A stretch of DNA of 64,000 nt. Source: the human T2T-CHM13v2.0 reference genome, Homo sapiens. Shown here piece after piece: positions 26,885 through 43,575 of this stretch. The first letter of the stretch is position 1; each line of letters begins with the position of its first letter. Both the position numbers and the translations under genes were made by a program. The notes under the pieces were generated by a model that was not told where the DNA came from, made no database searches, and worked only from the letters and a program-made list of their open reading frames with translations. Where the stretch lies: the NCBI RefSeq assembly GCF_009914755.1, contig NC_060927.1. One strand, written 5' to 3'.

Positions 26885-27050
26885 TCATCTATTAAATAAA
26901 TTCACCTACTATGTGCCAGGAACTGTGGCAGAAAAGAAGAATCCAGAGATGAAAAAGACATAGCCCCAACACTTAGAGGAGAATGGTCAAGTGGGAAAGA
27001 CTGATAGGCAAACAGATAGAACAGAATGCCATAATTCCTGAACATCACGT
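26885..27050 (-). mobile_element. L2 3' fragment
   Basis: CACCTACTATGTGCCAGGAACTGTG...GAGATGAAAAAGACATAGCCCC. Confidence 0.7.
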
Positions 27051-28204
27051 ATAGACCAGTAAGAAAAAGGAGGCCATCCTGCTCTCTTTCATTTTCCTTC
27101 GTCTTTGTTACTGACTGAAAAGCTCAGAAGTGACAGCCTTGGAGCTGATGATAATGACTTAGAATCATTTCACATACTAAAACCCCAGAATTTAAATTTC
27201 CATACAAGTGAACGTTTAACTTCTGTCCCACAGGGCTGTGCTTAGAGCAGGGGATCATTTTAAAATTCCATAGAATAGGCCCTGCCACGCAGAGCACCAG
27301 AGGACTTGGAGGTGGATGGGCTCTAATGAACCGCGATGTGACTTGGGTAATGTAGAGCTCTGAGGAAAGCCCTCATACAAATTTTGGGTGATTAAATTTT
27401 TAAAAAGGATGGAACCTTCTGCTTCAGTGAATGTGGGAAAATTAAGACAACAAAGACATGGGGGTTCAGGCGAAGGGATATCCTAAGATGCTGGGAACTT
27501 TGAGTATTTTGAACCCAGTCCCCCTCCTCCCCGAGCCCTTCAACCAAATGTTCTGTTGCTAAGACAACAGGATGCTAGCAGGCATATGCATGTGTCTGCT
27601 TCCTGCATGCGGTTGCCTAGCAACAGGACTCAGCAGAGCCTGGGCTCTCGCTCTTTACACCTACCCTGCTCCATCCATTGCCTTGACTTGCCAGTTGCTT
27701 TCCCCACCCCCAAGGCAAAGAAACAAGAAGCAGGAGAGTGCAAGAGGCTCAGGATCTGATCTTCTCAACAGCAGGAGAAAACCCTAGCCTGGCTTCACTC
27801 AGGTTAACCCCTACACTATGAAGTTATAAAATGTAAACTGACCATTACAGCTGACTGGAAATGAAATGATGATTCGACATTCTTAATATTTGAAATCCGG
27901 TTATGGAGTCCTACCCTGTAATCACCAAAGGGATATGATGATAAGGAAAATACTGAACTACTGAGGCAAGATTAATAGAAATATTTTACCCTAGGAATGA
28001 GATCACAGGAAATGGGATATTTGGGGGATAAAAGGAAGAAAGGGAAGGGGAGAAAAGAAATTAAGGAGAAAGTAATAAAGAATAGAAAAAAGCAGGAAAG
28101 AAAGGAAAGGCTTTTAACTCACAATAAATAATATCCCTTTGGAACCTGAGAGTGTGCAAACTGGAAAAATCTGCAATGTTATGTAGACTAGGATCTGATG
28201 TCTA

Positions 28205-28455
28205 AAATGATAACAATAGAGATTATTGAAGTTCTTTTAAATATAGGACATTACATTAAGGGCTTTACATAGATATTTCCATCTTCACAATAACCCCATG
28301 TGATAAAGCTTAGGAAAGTGATTTTACAGCTTAGACTCAGAACAGTTAAGTGACTTGACCAAGGACACACAGCTAGTAATTGTGGCAAAGCTAACAAAAA
28401 TAGGTAGCATTCAAACCAAAATTAGTTTGACTCAAAACCCACTCATTTTCTTAAC
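28205..28455 (-). mobile_element. MIR
   Basis: TCTTCACAATAACCCCATG...GTTAAGTGACTTGACCAAGGACACACAGCTAGTAA. Confidence 0.8.
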
Positions 28456-29529
28456 ATGTATTATGAGAAGTATCTGAGAAAATATGTGTAAAGCTTGTGA
28501 AGTCACACAAATTTGTTAAATTGGGGACCTTTTAAAGAAGCTATAAATATACCTTATATAACATTAAACAAATGTTTTTTCTTCAAAGCTTTAATGCAAT
28601 AATTTATAAAAGAAAATCATCTTGCCAAGTGGGAAAGTAAAAGCTGGTCCTTTAACAAAGTGTTCAGTAAAAAAGTTTAGAGTCCTTTTGAAGAAGCTGT
28701 AGAAAGAAACTCCCGAGTTACTCCCATTGAAAAGAAAGTTCAAATTTTGGAGATGTTTATGAAATTATAGGAAATTGATTATAGCACCAGATGTATACAG
28801 AAAAGCAATTGCTCCAGGAAATCAAATATAAGAAAAATATAAGGTTCCTCTGAAACCTTGGTGGCTTCTAATACGGAACTCCTTCCTGGCAGCAGCACAA
28901 AGCCCCTGGCCAGCGAACATGTGGCGAAGTGCTGACAGCAGGGATGGATACATACATATTCAGTGCCCCTTTCTCAGACCCTCAGACCTCCATGCCTACA
29001 GAAGACATATGGCATGCCAGTCTCATCATTCAAAAAGATGTGCCTAAGCTTGCCTGACCTAGGCTTAAACCAGTAATTTTACCAGCTACATTTATTCCTT
29101 ATTCTAAAGGGTGAGTTCAGGCATACTTAGAAAATCCTTTTGTCATATTCATTAATTCCAAAGGTAATAGGCCCCCTCTAAATATTAATAGAGATCAGGC
29201 AGACCCTACCTGACTATTAGAGTCAAGATTCTGGTGTCCAGAGTGCACAAACTCAGGTTAACAGGTTAATGGCTTCATCCCTTCCCAAATTTAAAGTATT
29301 GTTATCATTATATCATATTACATATGACAGCTATTCTCCAGAAATAACTTGTCTTTGCTTAAGGATCAGGGCCAAATACTCTCCTGTGAAGAGCATAAAC
29401 CAGAGTAGAAACATAAAGCGGGCATTCCAGCTTTTCTACACAAAGCTATATGAAGTAACTATGTTGCAGAGCTCTAAATAACATAATTCATACAGTAATG
29501 CCCACAATGTGTAAAAATGCAATGGACAA

Positions 29530-29970
29530 AGACTATTGTCCCACAATATCTATTCCATCTTTCTTGTATAGTCACAGAATTTTTAGCTAGGCACATGACC
29601 ACTCACTCTAAAGTCTGGCCAATAAGATTTATACGCAATTGTCATGTGGCAGTTTTTCTAACTCTTTAAGAAACAGCCATTGTACAAATGTTGCCCCTCT
29701 TCTTTTGTTCCTTTCTTTTCCCCACCTACTGCAATGTAGAAGATGTCATCTTGGATTAGAAAAGAGAGAGAGAGCCACAACTTGGATTGACAGAGTATGG
29801 AGCCTGAAGGAGCCCAGGTCCCTGAGACACGGTGGAACAAAGCCACTATACTACCTCAGGACTCTGTACAGCCCTGCTTTATATAGAGGAGAAGTAAACT
29901 TCTATCTTTTTAAAGCCCCTATTTGTTGAATTGTATTGTCACAGCCATATCCAATCTTAAGGAATATACA
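29530..29970 (+). mobile_element. Old MaLR LTR (MLT1J-like)
   Basis: AAGTCTGGCCAATAAG...GAAGGAGCCCAGGTCCCTGA...AGAAGTAAACTTCTATCTTTTTAAAGCC. Confidence 0.65.
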
Positions 29971-30033
29971 AAGATTATGCCATGGCTTTTGTAGCCCAAT
30001 TGGCTATCTAGGCAAGTAAAATAATCTGAATGA

Positions 30034-30442
30034 TGTATTAGTCTGTTCTTGTACTGCTATGAAGAAATACGTGAGATGGGTAATTTATAAAGAAAAGAGG
30101 TTTAATTAGCTCGCAGTTCTGTGGGCTGTAGAGGAAGCATGGAGCATCTCTTGGGCTTCTAGGGAAGTCTCAGGAAACTTACACTCATGGCAGAAGGCAA
30201 AGGGAGAGCTGGCACTTCACATGGCCAGGAGCAGGAGGAAGAGAGGGGTTGGGAGGTGCTACACACTTTTAAACAAGAAGATCTCATGAGAACTCTATTA
30301 TGAGAACAGCAATGGGGGATGGTGCTAAACCATTAGAAATCGCCCTCATGATTCAATCACCTCCCACCAGGCCCCACCTTCAGCATTGGGAATTATATTT
30401 CAACATGAGATTTGGGTGGGGACACAGATCCAAACCAAATCA
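30034..30442 (-). mobile_element. MSTA solo LTR with 5-bp TSD
   Basis: TGTATTAGTCTGTTCTTG...CATGGCAGAAGGCAAAGGG...GATTTGGGTGGGGACACAGATCCAAACC; TSD AATGA at 30029-30033 and 30443-30447. Confidence 0.92.
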
Positions 30443-30906
30443 AATGATCTACAGCAGAAAAGAAATCCTGAATAGAAATGAGGATCTGAATTGTCTCAAG
30501 ACAAGACTCTCCAATTTATAACTGGCAATCTAAAGAACTCCTGTCATTTTCCTTAAGGATATAATTTTTTTCATAGTATACAGAATAAGATGTTGTCCTC
30601 AAAAAGAAAGAAGATATTTTATCCACAGGCAAAAACTTGTCTTTTAACATTTACTTGCTTCTCCCTAGATGAGAGAGCCCCATCAGATGCTCCTGAGCAT
30701 ACGCCCAAAATGCACACCCAAAAGGTGTTGTTTCCAAGAAGTGACACCCAAGAGGTGTTGCCACCACAGCCCTTGTACTGATAAGGCAAACCTAAGAGCC
30801 ACTGGTGAAACTCATCTAATAAAATGAATGAATATAATATGTGACTTAATATCTTTTCAATATTTAAAAGAAATGTGTATACTGAAAATTCATATGATCC
30901 ACACCA

Positions 30907-31246
30907 CTACTGTCTGATAGAAATATAACACCAGTCACAAATGCAAGCCATAGATGCCTTTCTAACTTTTCTAGTGACCACACTTTTAAGAATCAAAAAG
31001 AAACAACTAAATATAATTTTAATAATATACTTTAACCCAATATATCAAAGATATTATGCGTTACATACTAATATGATCCATATAAAATACCAATGTGCTT
31101 GAAATTTTCTTTTTTTTTTTTGTACAAAGCCTTCAAAACCCAGTATATATTTTACACTTACAGTACATTTCAATTTAAGCTAGCCACACTTCAGATAGAT
31201 GTTCAGCAACCACTGTGGCTCGTGGCTACCATACTGAACAGTACAG
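30907..31246. mobile_element. MER33 (hAT-Charlie)
   Basis: CTGTCTGATAGAAATATAA...TTTAACCCAATATATC...TTTTACACTTACAG...GTGGCTACCATACTGAACAGTACAG. Confidence 0.85.
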
Positions 31247-31539
31247 ATCTGGAGTATGCCATTTATTGTTTAGCAGAATAATAACATCTTTGAATGTCTT
31301 GAGCCTCTAAAGTTTCTCAAGCCCAACCAAGGCTCCTGCCTTCTTGTCACAATTGTAACTTATGATAAAAAATGAAGGTGACTGTTTGTAAATAGCTACC
31401 AAAATGGTTATGCCATTATTACAACTCACAATCATTCAGATCTCACTGATGATGAGGTTCTTCTCTTGTGCTAACTTTATGTCTATTGCTGCATTTAGCC
31501 CTATTCTGGTTCTGTCTTCCACAGAGAAGAGGCACAGTG

Positions 31540-31770
31540 ACCCATAATCCCCACATAATTACTTTGCATGTTAGGAAGCACAGAACTCCAGGGACATGCT
31601 CAGTTTACTAAGGTGCAAAGGCGGTAGGGATTTGAAAGAGCCAAATCTAAATCTCAAGGCACTCAGACTCAGTTTCCCTCTGCCATGAGGAGACTCATGA
31701 CTCCTTCCATTTTCCAGCATAGTTCGAAGGTCACAGACACTGTGAAAGCTTTCCTTTAACCACAATGCTA
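31540..31770 (-). mobile_element. MIR
   Basis: Degenerate GGATTTGAA...TTCCTTTAACCACAATGCTATA. Confidence 0.5.
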
Positions 31771-32686
31771 TAATGAATACAATTTCTGACTCTGGGGTCT
31801 ACTTCTACTTTAGATCTTTAAAAAGAAGAATTCGAAGAAAAAGGAATGCAAGGAGAAAGCTGAAGAGGAGGTGGAAGGAAAAGAAGCAGCAGCAGAAGAG
31901 GGAGAAGAGAAAGAAATGTCTGTCTATAGAAGGGAGAGTCACATGATTTGAAGGCTGACATTTGGAATGCAAACCTGAGGAAAATTGTCTACCTCACTTA
32001 CCTGCCTGGTTGGAAATCCAAGCATCAGTGATACACTTGTTTTGAGATAAACTAAGAGTCCATGCATACCTAGTTAAGATGCAAATAAACCTAGGAAGTG
32101 AAATACCAAACCTTCAATTCTTACTACATTTTCATTCATCAAACACAAGCAAATTGGTCAACTCAGCGGGGCCTAGAAAGACAGACACAAATGTTGACAG
32201 GCAGGATGGGAAAGATCTGGGAAACAGAAGCCTCGGGCCACCTATGCATTATTGTGATGACCTTGGAGACCTGGAGGAACGGTCACCTGAAGCACAGAGG
32301 ATGCTGACAAGAGGACAGAGACTGACAAACCTCAACTCTTCCCACTGTCCAGAGCCAGCTCTGCCTAGCATCTCCACTGTTTACTATGACGTTGTGAGTT
32401 TGGGTTATCTGTACTTAACTTCTTCAAGATATAAAGAATGTGACATATCCCCAGCACTTCAATTCTTACTTTTTATTAGGATCAGCTGGTCCTCTTTGGG
32501 CCCAGTAAGCTTCTAGCCTTCCAGTTTATTTGACTCAATCATAACGAAATGAACCACTAGTTCTTTGGACTTTTAAAATTCAACTGGACAGTCCGTTGAA
32601 AGCCTGTGCTTCACAACAAAGCCCAGAAATTTCTGAGTACCAGAAAATGTGAAACAGTTAAAAATTTTTAAAAATAAATGAATGTT

Positions 32687-33585
<899 letters not shown>

Positions 33586-33794
33586 TATTTTACATCCCCT
33601 TTTCTAGTTATTCTCAAACAGTGAACACCCTAGAGGTAAAACAAGGCAACTTTAGCTTTTTGGTGCCATATCTTTTTCACTCAAGTGTCCTTGGAAACTG
33701 AGGCTATAGTAGTGGCCTTTGGACCAACAGAAAGATACTGTAATGGTCTCAAATGTACTTATTAAAGGAATAGGTCCTCGGTGTGCTATGTCTG

Positions 33795-33877
33795 ATTCTA
33801 TTCTATTCTATTCTTCTGTTCTATTCTATTCTATTCTATTCTATTCTATTCTATTCTATTCTATTCTATTCTATTCT
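33795..33877. repeat. (ATTCT)4 TCTGTTCT (ATTCT)11 pentanucleotide repeat
   Basis: Direct count. Confidence 0.97.
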
Positions 33878-34344
33878 GTGATTTTCACCTTCATTTCCAA
33901 CACATAGTCTTGACAAAAGTAAGAAAAGGAGGAGAAAAGGTACCAGTGCATTACAAAAACTGCATTTGAGAATGCTAATGTCCACTTCAAGGTGCAGTCT
34001 TCTTGGGTAAACATGCAGTCTGTTTGCATTTAATTCTTCCACACAAGCCCTGCAAGAAAGTTAGCCAAACTGATAATCGATTCACATGATCTTTGCTCAC
34101 TCATTTATTAAAACACACCAAACAGTTAATTCCCTTTTCTGTTGGGAGCTCTCACTGATTCTACATGGCTTGAATGTTAAACAGCCACTCAGGGCTCTGG
34201 GAAAATAGCAGAGTCATTAGGTGGTAACTGTTTCAAACTGTTCAAAACAAGTCTTAGAAATTAAGGGCCTCAATGTCCCTTCAATAAAATTACTTTGGTG
34301 AATATTTATTGAACTGATAGCTGACAGATGATAAAGAAGATCTA

Positions 34345-34604
34345 GCCTGTAATCCCAGTGCTTTGGAGGCTAAGTTGGGAGGATCACTTGAGGCCAGGAG
34401 TTTGAGATCAGCCTGGGCAAGATACAGAGATCCCATTTCTACACAAAAAAAAAATTAAAATTAGCCGGACATGGTAGCTACTTGGGAGGCTAAGGCAGGA
34501 GGATCACTTGAGCCCAAGAGTTCAAGGTTACAGAGAAGCCATGATCACACCACTGTACTCCAGCCTGGGCAACAGAGTGAGATCCTATTTCAAAAAAAAA
34601 AAAA
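34345..34604 (+). mobile_element. AluJ, 5'-clipped, with short right-arm deletion
   Basis: Starts at GCCTGTAATCCCAG; ATGGTAGCTACTTGGG lacks the usual CCTGTAGTCCC; A13 tail. Confidence 0.92.
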
Positions 34605-34827
34605 GAGTGGATTGGTCAACTAAAGAACTTGAAAGATCTCAGAAAGCTCTAATTCAGTTGACCAATCCACTTCTTTCTTCCTACTTCTTCTACTTGAATA
34701 AGAGAAGAAAGAAGAGTTTTTGAATACCCTTCACTTCTCCAGCTATGGTATGAGCCCATTGGACACATTGGCCAATACCTTACTAATTAACTAATTCCCC
34801 ACCAAGAGCCTCTATCTCTAGACCGGG

Positions 34828-34850
34828 AGATAGATATATAGCTGATGATT

Positions 34851-34897
<47 letters not shown>

Positions 34898-34983
34898 TAT
34901 ATATATATATATAGCTAGATAGATAGATATCTATAGAGAGATAGATAGATAGATAGATACAGATGCTATAGATATACAGATAT
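34828..34983. repeat. Compound (GATA)n/(TA)n STR with a (GATA)11 core
   Basis: Perfect GATA run at 34851-34894. Confidence 0.97.
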
Positions 34984-35334
34984 AAATCATCCTCCTCTTT
35001 AGCCTGGTCCAGAGGCTAACATTAGGGACTCTAAGTAAATTGTGGCACTGGAAGGAAGCCAACAAATTATAAGATTCTATAGGCCAATCCTTTCTCTTCA
35101 CATATGAGGACTTTGGGCTTCAGCAATTATTTGGTGACCACGCTACGACTCTTAGCCAAATGATTCAGCTCCCAGGGTGATGCTCCAATTCCTCTTGCCC
35201 ACAAACCTAGATGCAGTGATGAAGACATACCCTAGAGCTTTTCTAAAAAGCTTAGTTTAATTTTCCTACCTCACTGTGGTACAAATGTTAAGCTTTTCCC
35301 TGACACTTAAGCTATTTTATTTTATTATTTAATT

Positions 35335-35500
35335 TTATTTTTCATTCACTCATTCATTGTACAATCATTGATGGAGATCTTATTGTGTGCCATGCATTGT
35401 GGTAAGGCCTTAGAAACATCAAAAATAAATTAATACTTTTCAGTATGATGGGGAATATAAATAGGTAATGTAATTAAATTATAATTCAGTAAGTGGTAAT
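35335..35500 (-). mobile_element. L2 3' end
   Basis: TTCATTCACTCATTCATT...TATTGTGTGCCATGCATTGTG. Confidence 0.7.
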
Positions 35501-35937
35501 GAAGATACTTAAGGCAAAATAAAAATGTGTGGATGTGATAACTAAACAAGAAAACACTAAAGCACCTAGTAACTGCTGAATAAATGCAAGTTTATCTCCT
35601 CTGTGCAGTAGTCAACAAATGATAGCTTGCAAACCAACTGTCTCAGGACTGTCTGAGGAGCTTTATTTATATACTGGAGTGCAGCTCCAGAATCTTTATT
35701 TTTATTGTTCCCTAGGATGTTCTAACACACAGCAAGTTTTAGGACTCCAGTTTGATCTAAAATAGCAGAAGAAACAACTCTCTGAGGGGCTTTACAGAGG
35801 CTTCGTAGAGGAGGTGATACTCAACTAAGTTTTTAAAGATAAGCAGGGATTTCAGACAAGTATTCACGAAGTTATAATGTGGAAAGAAATTATAATTTCT
35901 CTATAGTTTTCACATGGTAGAACTAGGACCAGTATAT

Positions 35938-36229
35938 GGGAGGTGGAGACAATTAATGGATACCAAAAAGTGATTAGAAAGATTGAATTAGAAAGATGTT
36001 GCTAGCACAACAGGGTGACTATAGTCAATAATAACTTAATTGTATATTTTAAAATAACTTAAAGAATGTAACTTGTTTGTAACTAAAAAAAATGCTCAAG
36101 GGATGGATACCCCATTCTCCATGATGTGCTTATTTCACATGGCATGTCTATACCAAAACATCTTATGTACCCCATAAATATGTACACCTACTATGTACTT
36201 ACAAAAATTAAAAATTAAAAAAATAAAAA
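35938..36229 (+). mobile_element. L1MA (MA2/MA3-like) 3' end
   Basis: TAGCACAACAGGGTGACTATAGTCAATAATAACTTAATTGTA...GGATGGATACCCCATTCTCCATGATGTG...CACCTACTATGTAC plus an A-rich tail. Confidence 0.9.
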
Positions 36230-38159
36230 TATATTTAACAAGTAGTTTTTAGGGAGCTATTTTAAAATATATGACCCACCCCAGAAGCATTCAAGCTGGG
36301 TTGGTTGACAAAAACCCCTGGGTCTTTTCCACTTAGTCATGTCTTTTCCATCATCTACCGTGCCTATATTGGCTTTGCCAATGAATGAATAATAAATATA
36401 ATTGAGTACATGAATAAATGAATGAATACATGCTATTGATTGTTTTCTTTTGTAAAATTGAAGACAGACTTTAAATCTACCCCTATTGTTTATGTTTAAG
36501 AAACTGAGATCAAGGGCTTTTGAAATCTCATTCTCAACTAGCTTTTCACACAGAATATGTTCAAAAAATGTTTACAGAGTGCTGACTGAATCTCTATTAA
36601 ATCCCAGCTTGTTAGTTCTACCCATTGTTTCTAGATTTTTAGTCTCTTTTGTAGCTGAGTCCTGACAATTATAGAGGGAAGTGTAGAGACACTGAGCTCC
36701 AAGATCTCTTCAAACTCTGAAACTGATGATGCTATGAATGGGCAGAATTTCTATGAATTCATTAAAATTAAATTGAGCCTATCGAATACACTAATGGCAA
36801 TCTACTTGTCCTCAGAGGGAAGCTTCAGAGAGTAAAAGAGAAGCTGCTTTTTGTGGTACTTACTCCAGTTCAATAAACAGGTGCTGAGTGTCTCCTCTGT
36901 GCCAAGAATGCAGAGTCCAGAGTTGAGCAAAGCATGACCTTGCCTCCAAGAGTTTGCCACGTAGTACTAGTTGTTGCTTTCCTCTGCTAAATATCTACAC
37001 CTTTAGCCAACCAAACACAGGCCATACCCTTAAATGAAAATTGTTTCCGTGTTTAACTCAGATTTATCATGTGCCAAAAAAAAAGGTGCATGGAATGAAA
37101 ATGAGATAACAAACAATAATGAACTTTCTCCATAAAAAAGAATAGTTTTTCAGTGCTTGTCAGATTCCTTAGTCAATCCAAGACTTATAACTCAAAGCAA
37201 AAAAGAGAGTTACTGAAATAGAGACAACTGAATGTCCCTTTCTACAGAAGTTTTAAGGGTAGATGTGTAAGAAAGTGACTGGCGCATGAGGAGGAAAAGC
37301 ATTAAGAGACTCAGGCTCTGCACTCCTGACACAGAAGCAGGTGGCTGCACACACGCCTGCTCCTAAATTGCTGAAGCAGTGGCTATTTAGCATCCTCCAC
37401 TCTACCTCTCCAACCCCAGGACAGCTACCTCTTGGGCACCAAAACATCACCACCAATCAGTGGCCTGACAGCCCTTGTACTTTTCCTGCAAATGAACAAT
37501 AAAAAGGCTTTGATTCTTTCCTTCTGCAGGTGTCTACCTCTACCTGAGCTCCAACATGTATGAGCTAAAATGATACTATTTGTTTTTGCACAAAATAAGA
37601 AATACCAAGGAAAAGTTTAAAAGAGCTACATTTTCTATTGAATAGCGAAGACAAGAATGATTTCTTTATTAAACAAAATTAAATATTTTCCAAGATTTTA
37701 TCCTTTTCTCTTTAACCCTCTTCAAGTTCAAATCTAATTTTTTTAAAAAAGAACCACCAAATTGATTCTAAGAGAATAATTGCTAAGGCGTGAAAATACC
37801 GCCTGTATCCTGGAAACAGGCTATGCCATGGGTCGTTTCTTAATTTTCACCCTATTAGGGTAATTTCCTACCACCGTGGGTTTTTTTCCTGCGGCAGTTC
37901 CTGCATGCCTGGCATCCTGGCTCCTTCACAGCTGCTTTGTCAAAGCAGAGGGAAAAGGGACCATTAACATCTTTGTGGAAATAGATGCAACAATGCCACT
38001 GTTCTATTAGCCTGCAATAAGGTGAGGACAAGGGAAGGAAACAAAATTGCCACATGAGAGGGCTGGTCATTTTCAAGAACCTGGCTGCTGCGGCTATTTA
38101 ATTTAACCTGCAATGACACCGTTTATAAATCTAGTACCCTAAAAAGAAAATAGGCAATT

Positions 38160-38810
38160 CACATATAAACTAAAAAACACAATATGCAAAAAATGTTCAG
38201 CCTTCCCAAGTTAAGCAACAAAATGCGAGTTAAAAAAAAAAAGAAAAAATATGACACCATTCTTTGCCTCTTAGCATTTTTTAAAATGATAAAATCAGAT
38301 GCTCTTGAGGGTCCAGTGAAGTTGATATTTTTATACAATACTGATAGCACTGTAAATTTGAAAACTAGCTCTGGAAAGCAATTTACAATAAGTACTAATG
38401 GTCATGAAAATATTCATGCTCTTTGACCCTGTAACTCCACTTACTAAAATCTATCTTAATAAAACTATAGAAAAAGATGTATCTCCAAATATGTGCATTG
38501 CCCTTCCATTCACAATAGTGGAAAAATCAGAAACAATGTACATGTATAGATGAATGGTTGAGTAAATTATAGTTTATCGACTAAAAAGACCATTAAAAAC
38601 AGCCTAGATCAGCACCTCACACATAGTAGGTGCTCAGTGATGACTGTGTTGAAATGTGTAAAAATACTTATAAAAAAATTAAATGGAAAGTAAAATACAA
38701 TATGCATGTATGCTTATTAATACTCTGACAATATGTATAAGGAAAAATAGTCAATTTTCTAAATTTTCAGTAATGTATTTTTTAATACTTTCATACTGAT
38801 TAAAAAATAT
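38160..38810 (+). mobile_element. Ancient L1 fragments (L1ME-like)
   Basis: CTGGAAAGCAATTT...TTCATGCTCTTTGACCCTGTAACTCCACTT...AATGGTTGAGTAAATTATAG. Confidence 0.6.
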
Positions 38811-39259
38811 AAAACTAAATGAATCAACCTATTTCCCTGGATGTTGGTAAGCTGGGAAACCCCTTAGACTGCAGAGTGTAAATATGTATTGCTACTCACC
38901 TCTTTCATTCAAGTCAGCCTCATGATAAAAGGAGGCCTAAAGGTCCCACAAAGAAAGGAAGAGTGCACCCGGCTTATGAACAGATATAGAAGACAGTCAG
39001 TTCAAAAATGTTACGCTGCAGGTGATCATGATGAAGAAAAAGTGGGTCTTTACTGGCACCATGCAGAACCTCCCAGTGAAAATTCCAGTTGCTTCAAATT
39101 CAGTGTGGAAGCTGAGACTCCAGTGTGGATGCACAGACAGCTAAGGGTGATTCCATAAGAACTGCAGAGTGAATGTCAACAAGGCCCTTCCTTCGGGCAC
39201 TTACAATTAACTCTAAAGATGGGACACCTAATCTGGAAAAGCTTCTAGGCTAGGAAACC

Positions 39260-39470
39260 TGGCTAGAAGCCTGAATTGGATCCAGTTCTGTATACCATTA
39301 ACTGTGAAGTTTCAATAAATCATGTAACTTCTGTCTAAATCTCAGTTTCCTCATTGGGTAAAATGAGCCTAATAATCCCTGCCCTGTCTACCTCACACGA
39401 CTACTAATAAGGATTGAAGGAACAAGTGCAATGTTGTATGAGAGTCCTGTGAACCATGATGTGCCATATC
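39260..39470 (+). mobile_element. MIR
   Basis: TCTCAGTTTCCTCATTGGGTAAAATGAG...AATAATCCCTGCCCTGTCTACCTCAC. Confidence 0.8.
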
Positions 39471-40454
39471 CAGGTAAGGGATGCTACACATCAAGAAAAG
39501 AGACCTCAGTTTGCCACTTTATGGCTCATTCTGGGTTTGCCAATTGTAGGGTCTACACAATCAAAAATCAAAGAAACATCCATAAATTTCTAGCCTTTGG
39601 ATAAAAACTGCAACCCTCTTCCAATACTCCTTTATTGCCCTATGATTGTTACCTGGAAGAAAATTATATAAAACAGTAAGAATGACACACACACACACAA
39701 AATCTGTATATAAACACTGGTTATCTACTGAAAATAGGTTCAGAAGTGCAAAGTCTCATTTTCTTCCTTCCGTCAAATCTAGAAAAACCATTAGTGCCAC
39801 TAAAAAACTATTCTTTGTACCAATGGATATTAGGGCCCAGCTAATAGCAGCTCACGGTCAATGGGCATGAGCAAGTTAAATAATGAAACCCCAGAGAAGC
39901 TACAAGAAAGGGAAATATCTGTTATGTGTAAGACATACAAAGTAACCTATAGTCAGTAACTTTCACATAGAGCAGGCACTCTTCAAGTAGCATTCCCTAG
40001 AAGTGTATTCTTCCCAACAAAGATCAAGGCTGTCTACAAAGCTCTTACTACTACCACCTCCTCCCAGAACAGCTGAGAAACAAAGGACACATTCCTGAGT
40101 AATAAGAATCACACCTTTTGCAGGAAGTGCACTGAAGGACAGGAAATCTCTATTTTGTCTATAAGTACTTATTGAAAAGCTACTAAGTACTGGGGACAAA
40201 ACAGAGAAGCAGATAGACAAGGTCTCTGCCTTTTGCTCAAGCACCCTTCATTTTGATGTTGTGCAATCTACATAGTAGCAAATTAAGAACACAGAAACAT
40301 AGTTTATGAAGTTTTGCAACTAAAGTCCAAATTCTGGGTGGTCATGAAATAATGAAAATTCTCTACTGTTAGAGTAAAAAGTACCAATACAAAGACTTGT
40401 CCATTCTGAGGTGGGATGTAAATAGTATGGAATAAAGAAGGAACCACTAGCTGT

Positions 40455-40778
40455 AGGACACATTCCTGTCAGCATATACTCCTTTCTTGTGACAACAAGA
40501 GTTTCCTTTGCTTAAGGATCTGTACTCCCCAATCCTAGCCTGTGTATTTTCAGTGAACCTGACTCCAACCCAAGATATCAGAGGATAGCACATGAATTAG
40601 ATTAAGCCAATCAGCACATTCTATCCCCCTGGCCACAGTGACTGGCTCAGGGATGGACACTAGACCCATATCAAGTCCATTAAGTCTGAGAAGACTTAAT
40701 TGTAAGACATGCATTTGGTAATATTCAGGGAATATTTCTGATTTCTTTCCCTCTGGAGATGACCTAAAGAGACACTGA
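40455..40778 (+). mobile_element. Old MaLR LTR 5' part (MLT1K-like), truncated
   Basis: TAAGCCAATCAGCACATTCTATCCCCCTGGCCACAGTGACTGGCTCAGGGATGGACAC. Confidence 0.7.

Positions 40779-43575
<2,797 letters not shown>

Noticed and set aside
32079-32516. Longest ORF in the window (145 aa)
   Set aside because: No family resemblance, promoter or splice context. The length is compatible with chance.
33795-34983. Regular repeats as a possible CRISPR-like array
   Set aside because: Simple microsatellites with no unique spacers, in a eukaryotic context with no cas genes.
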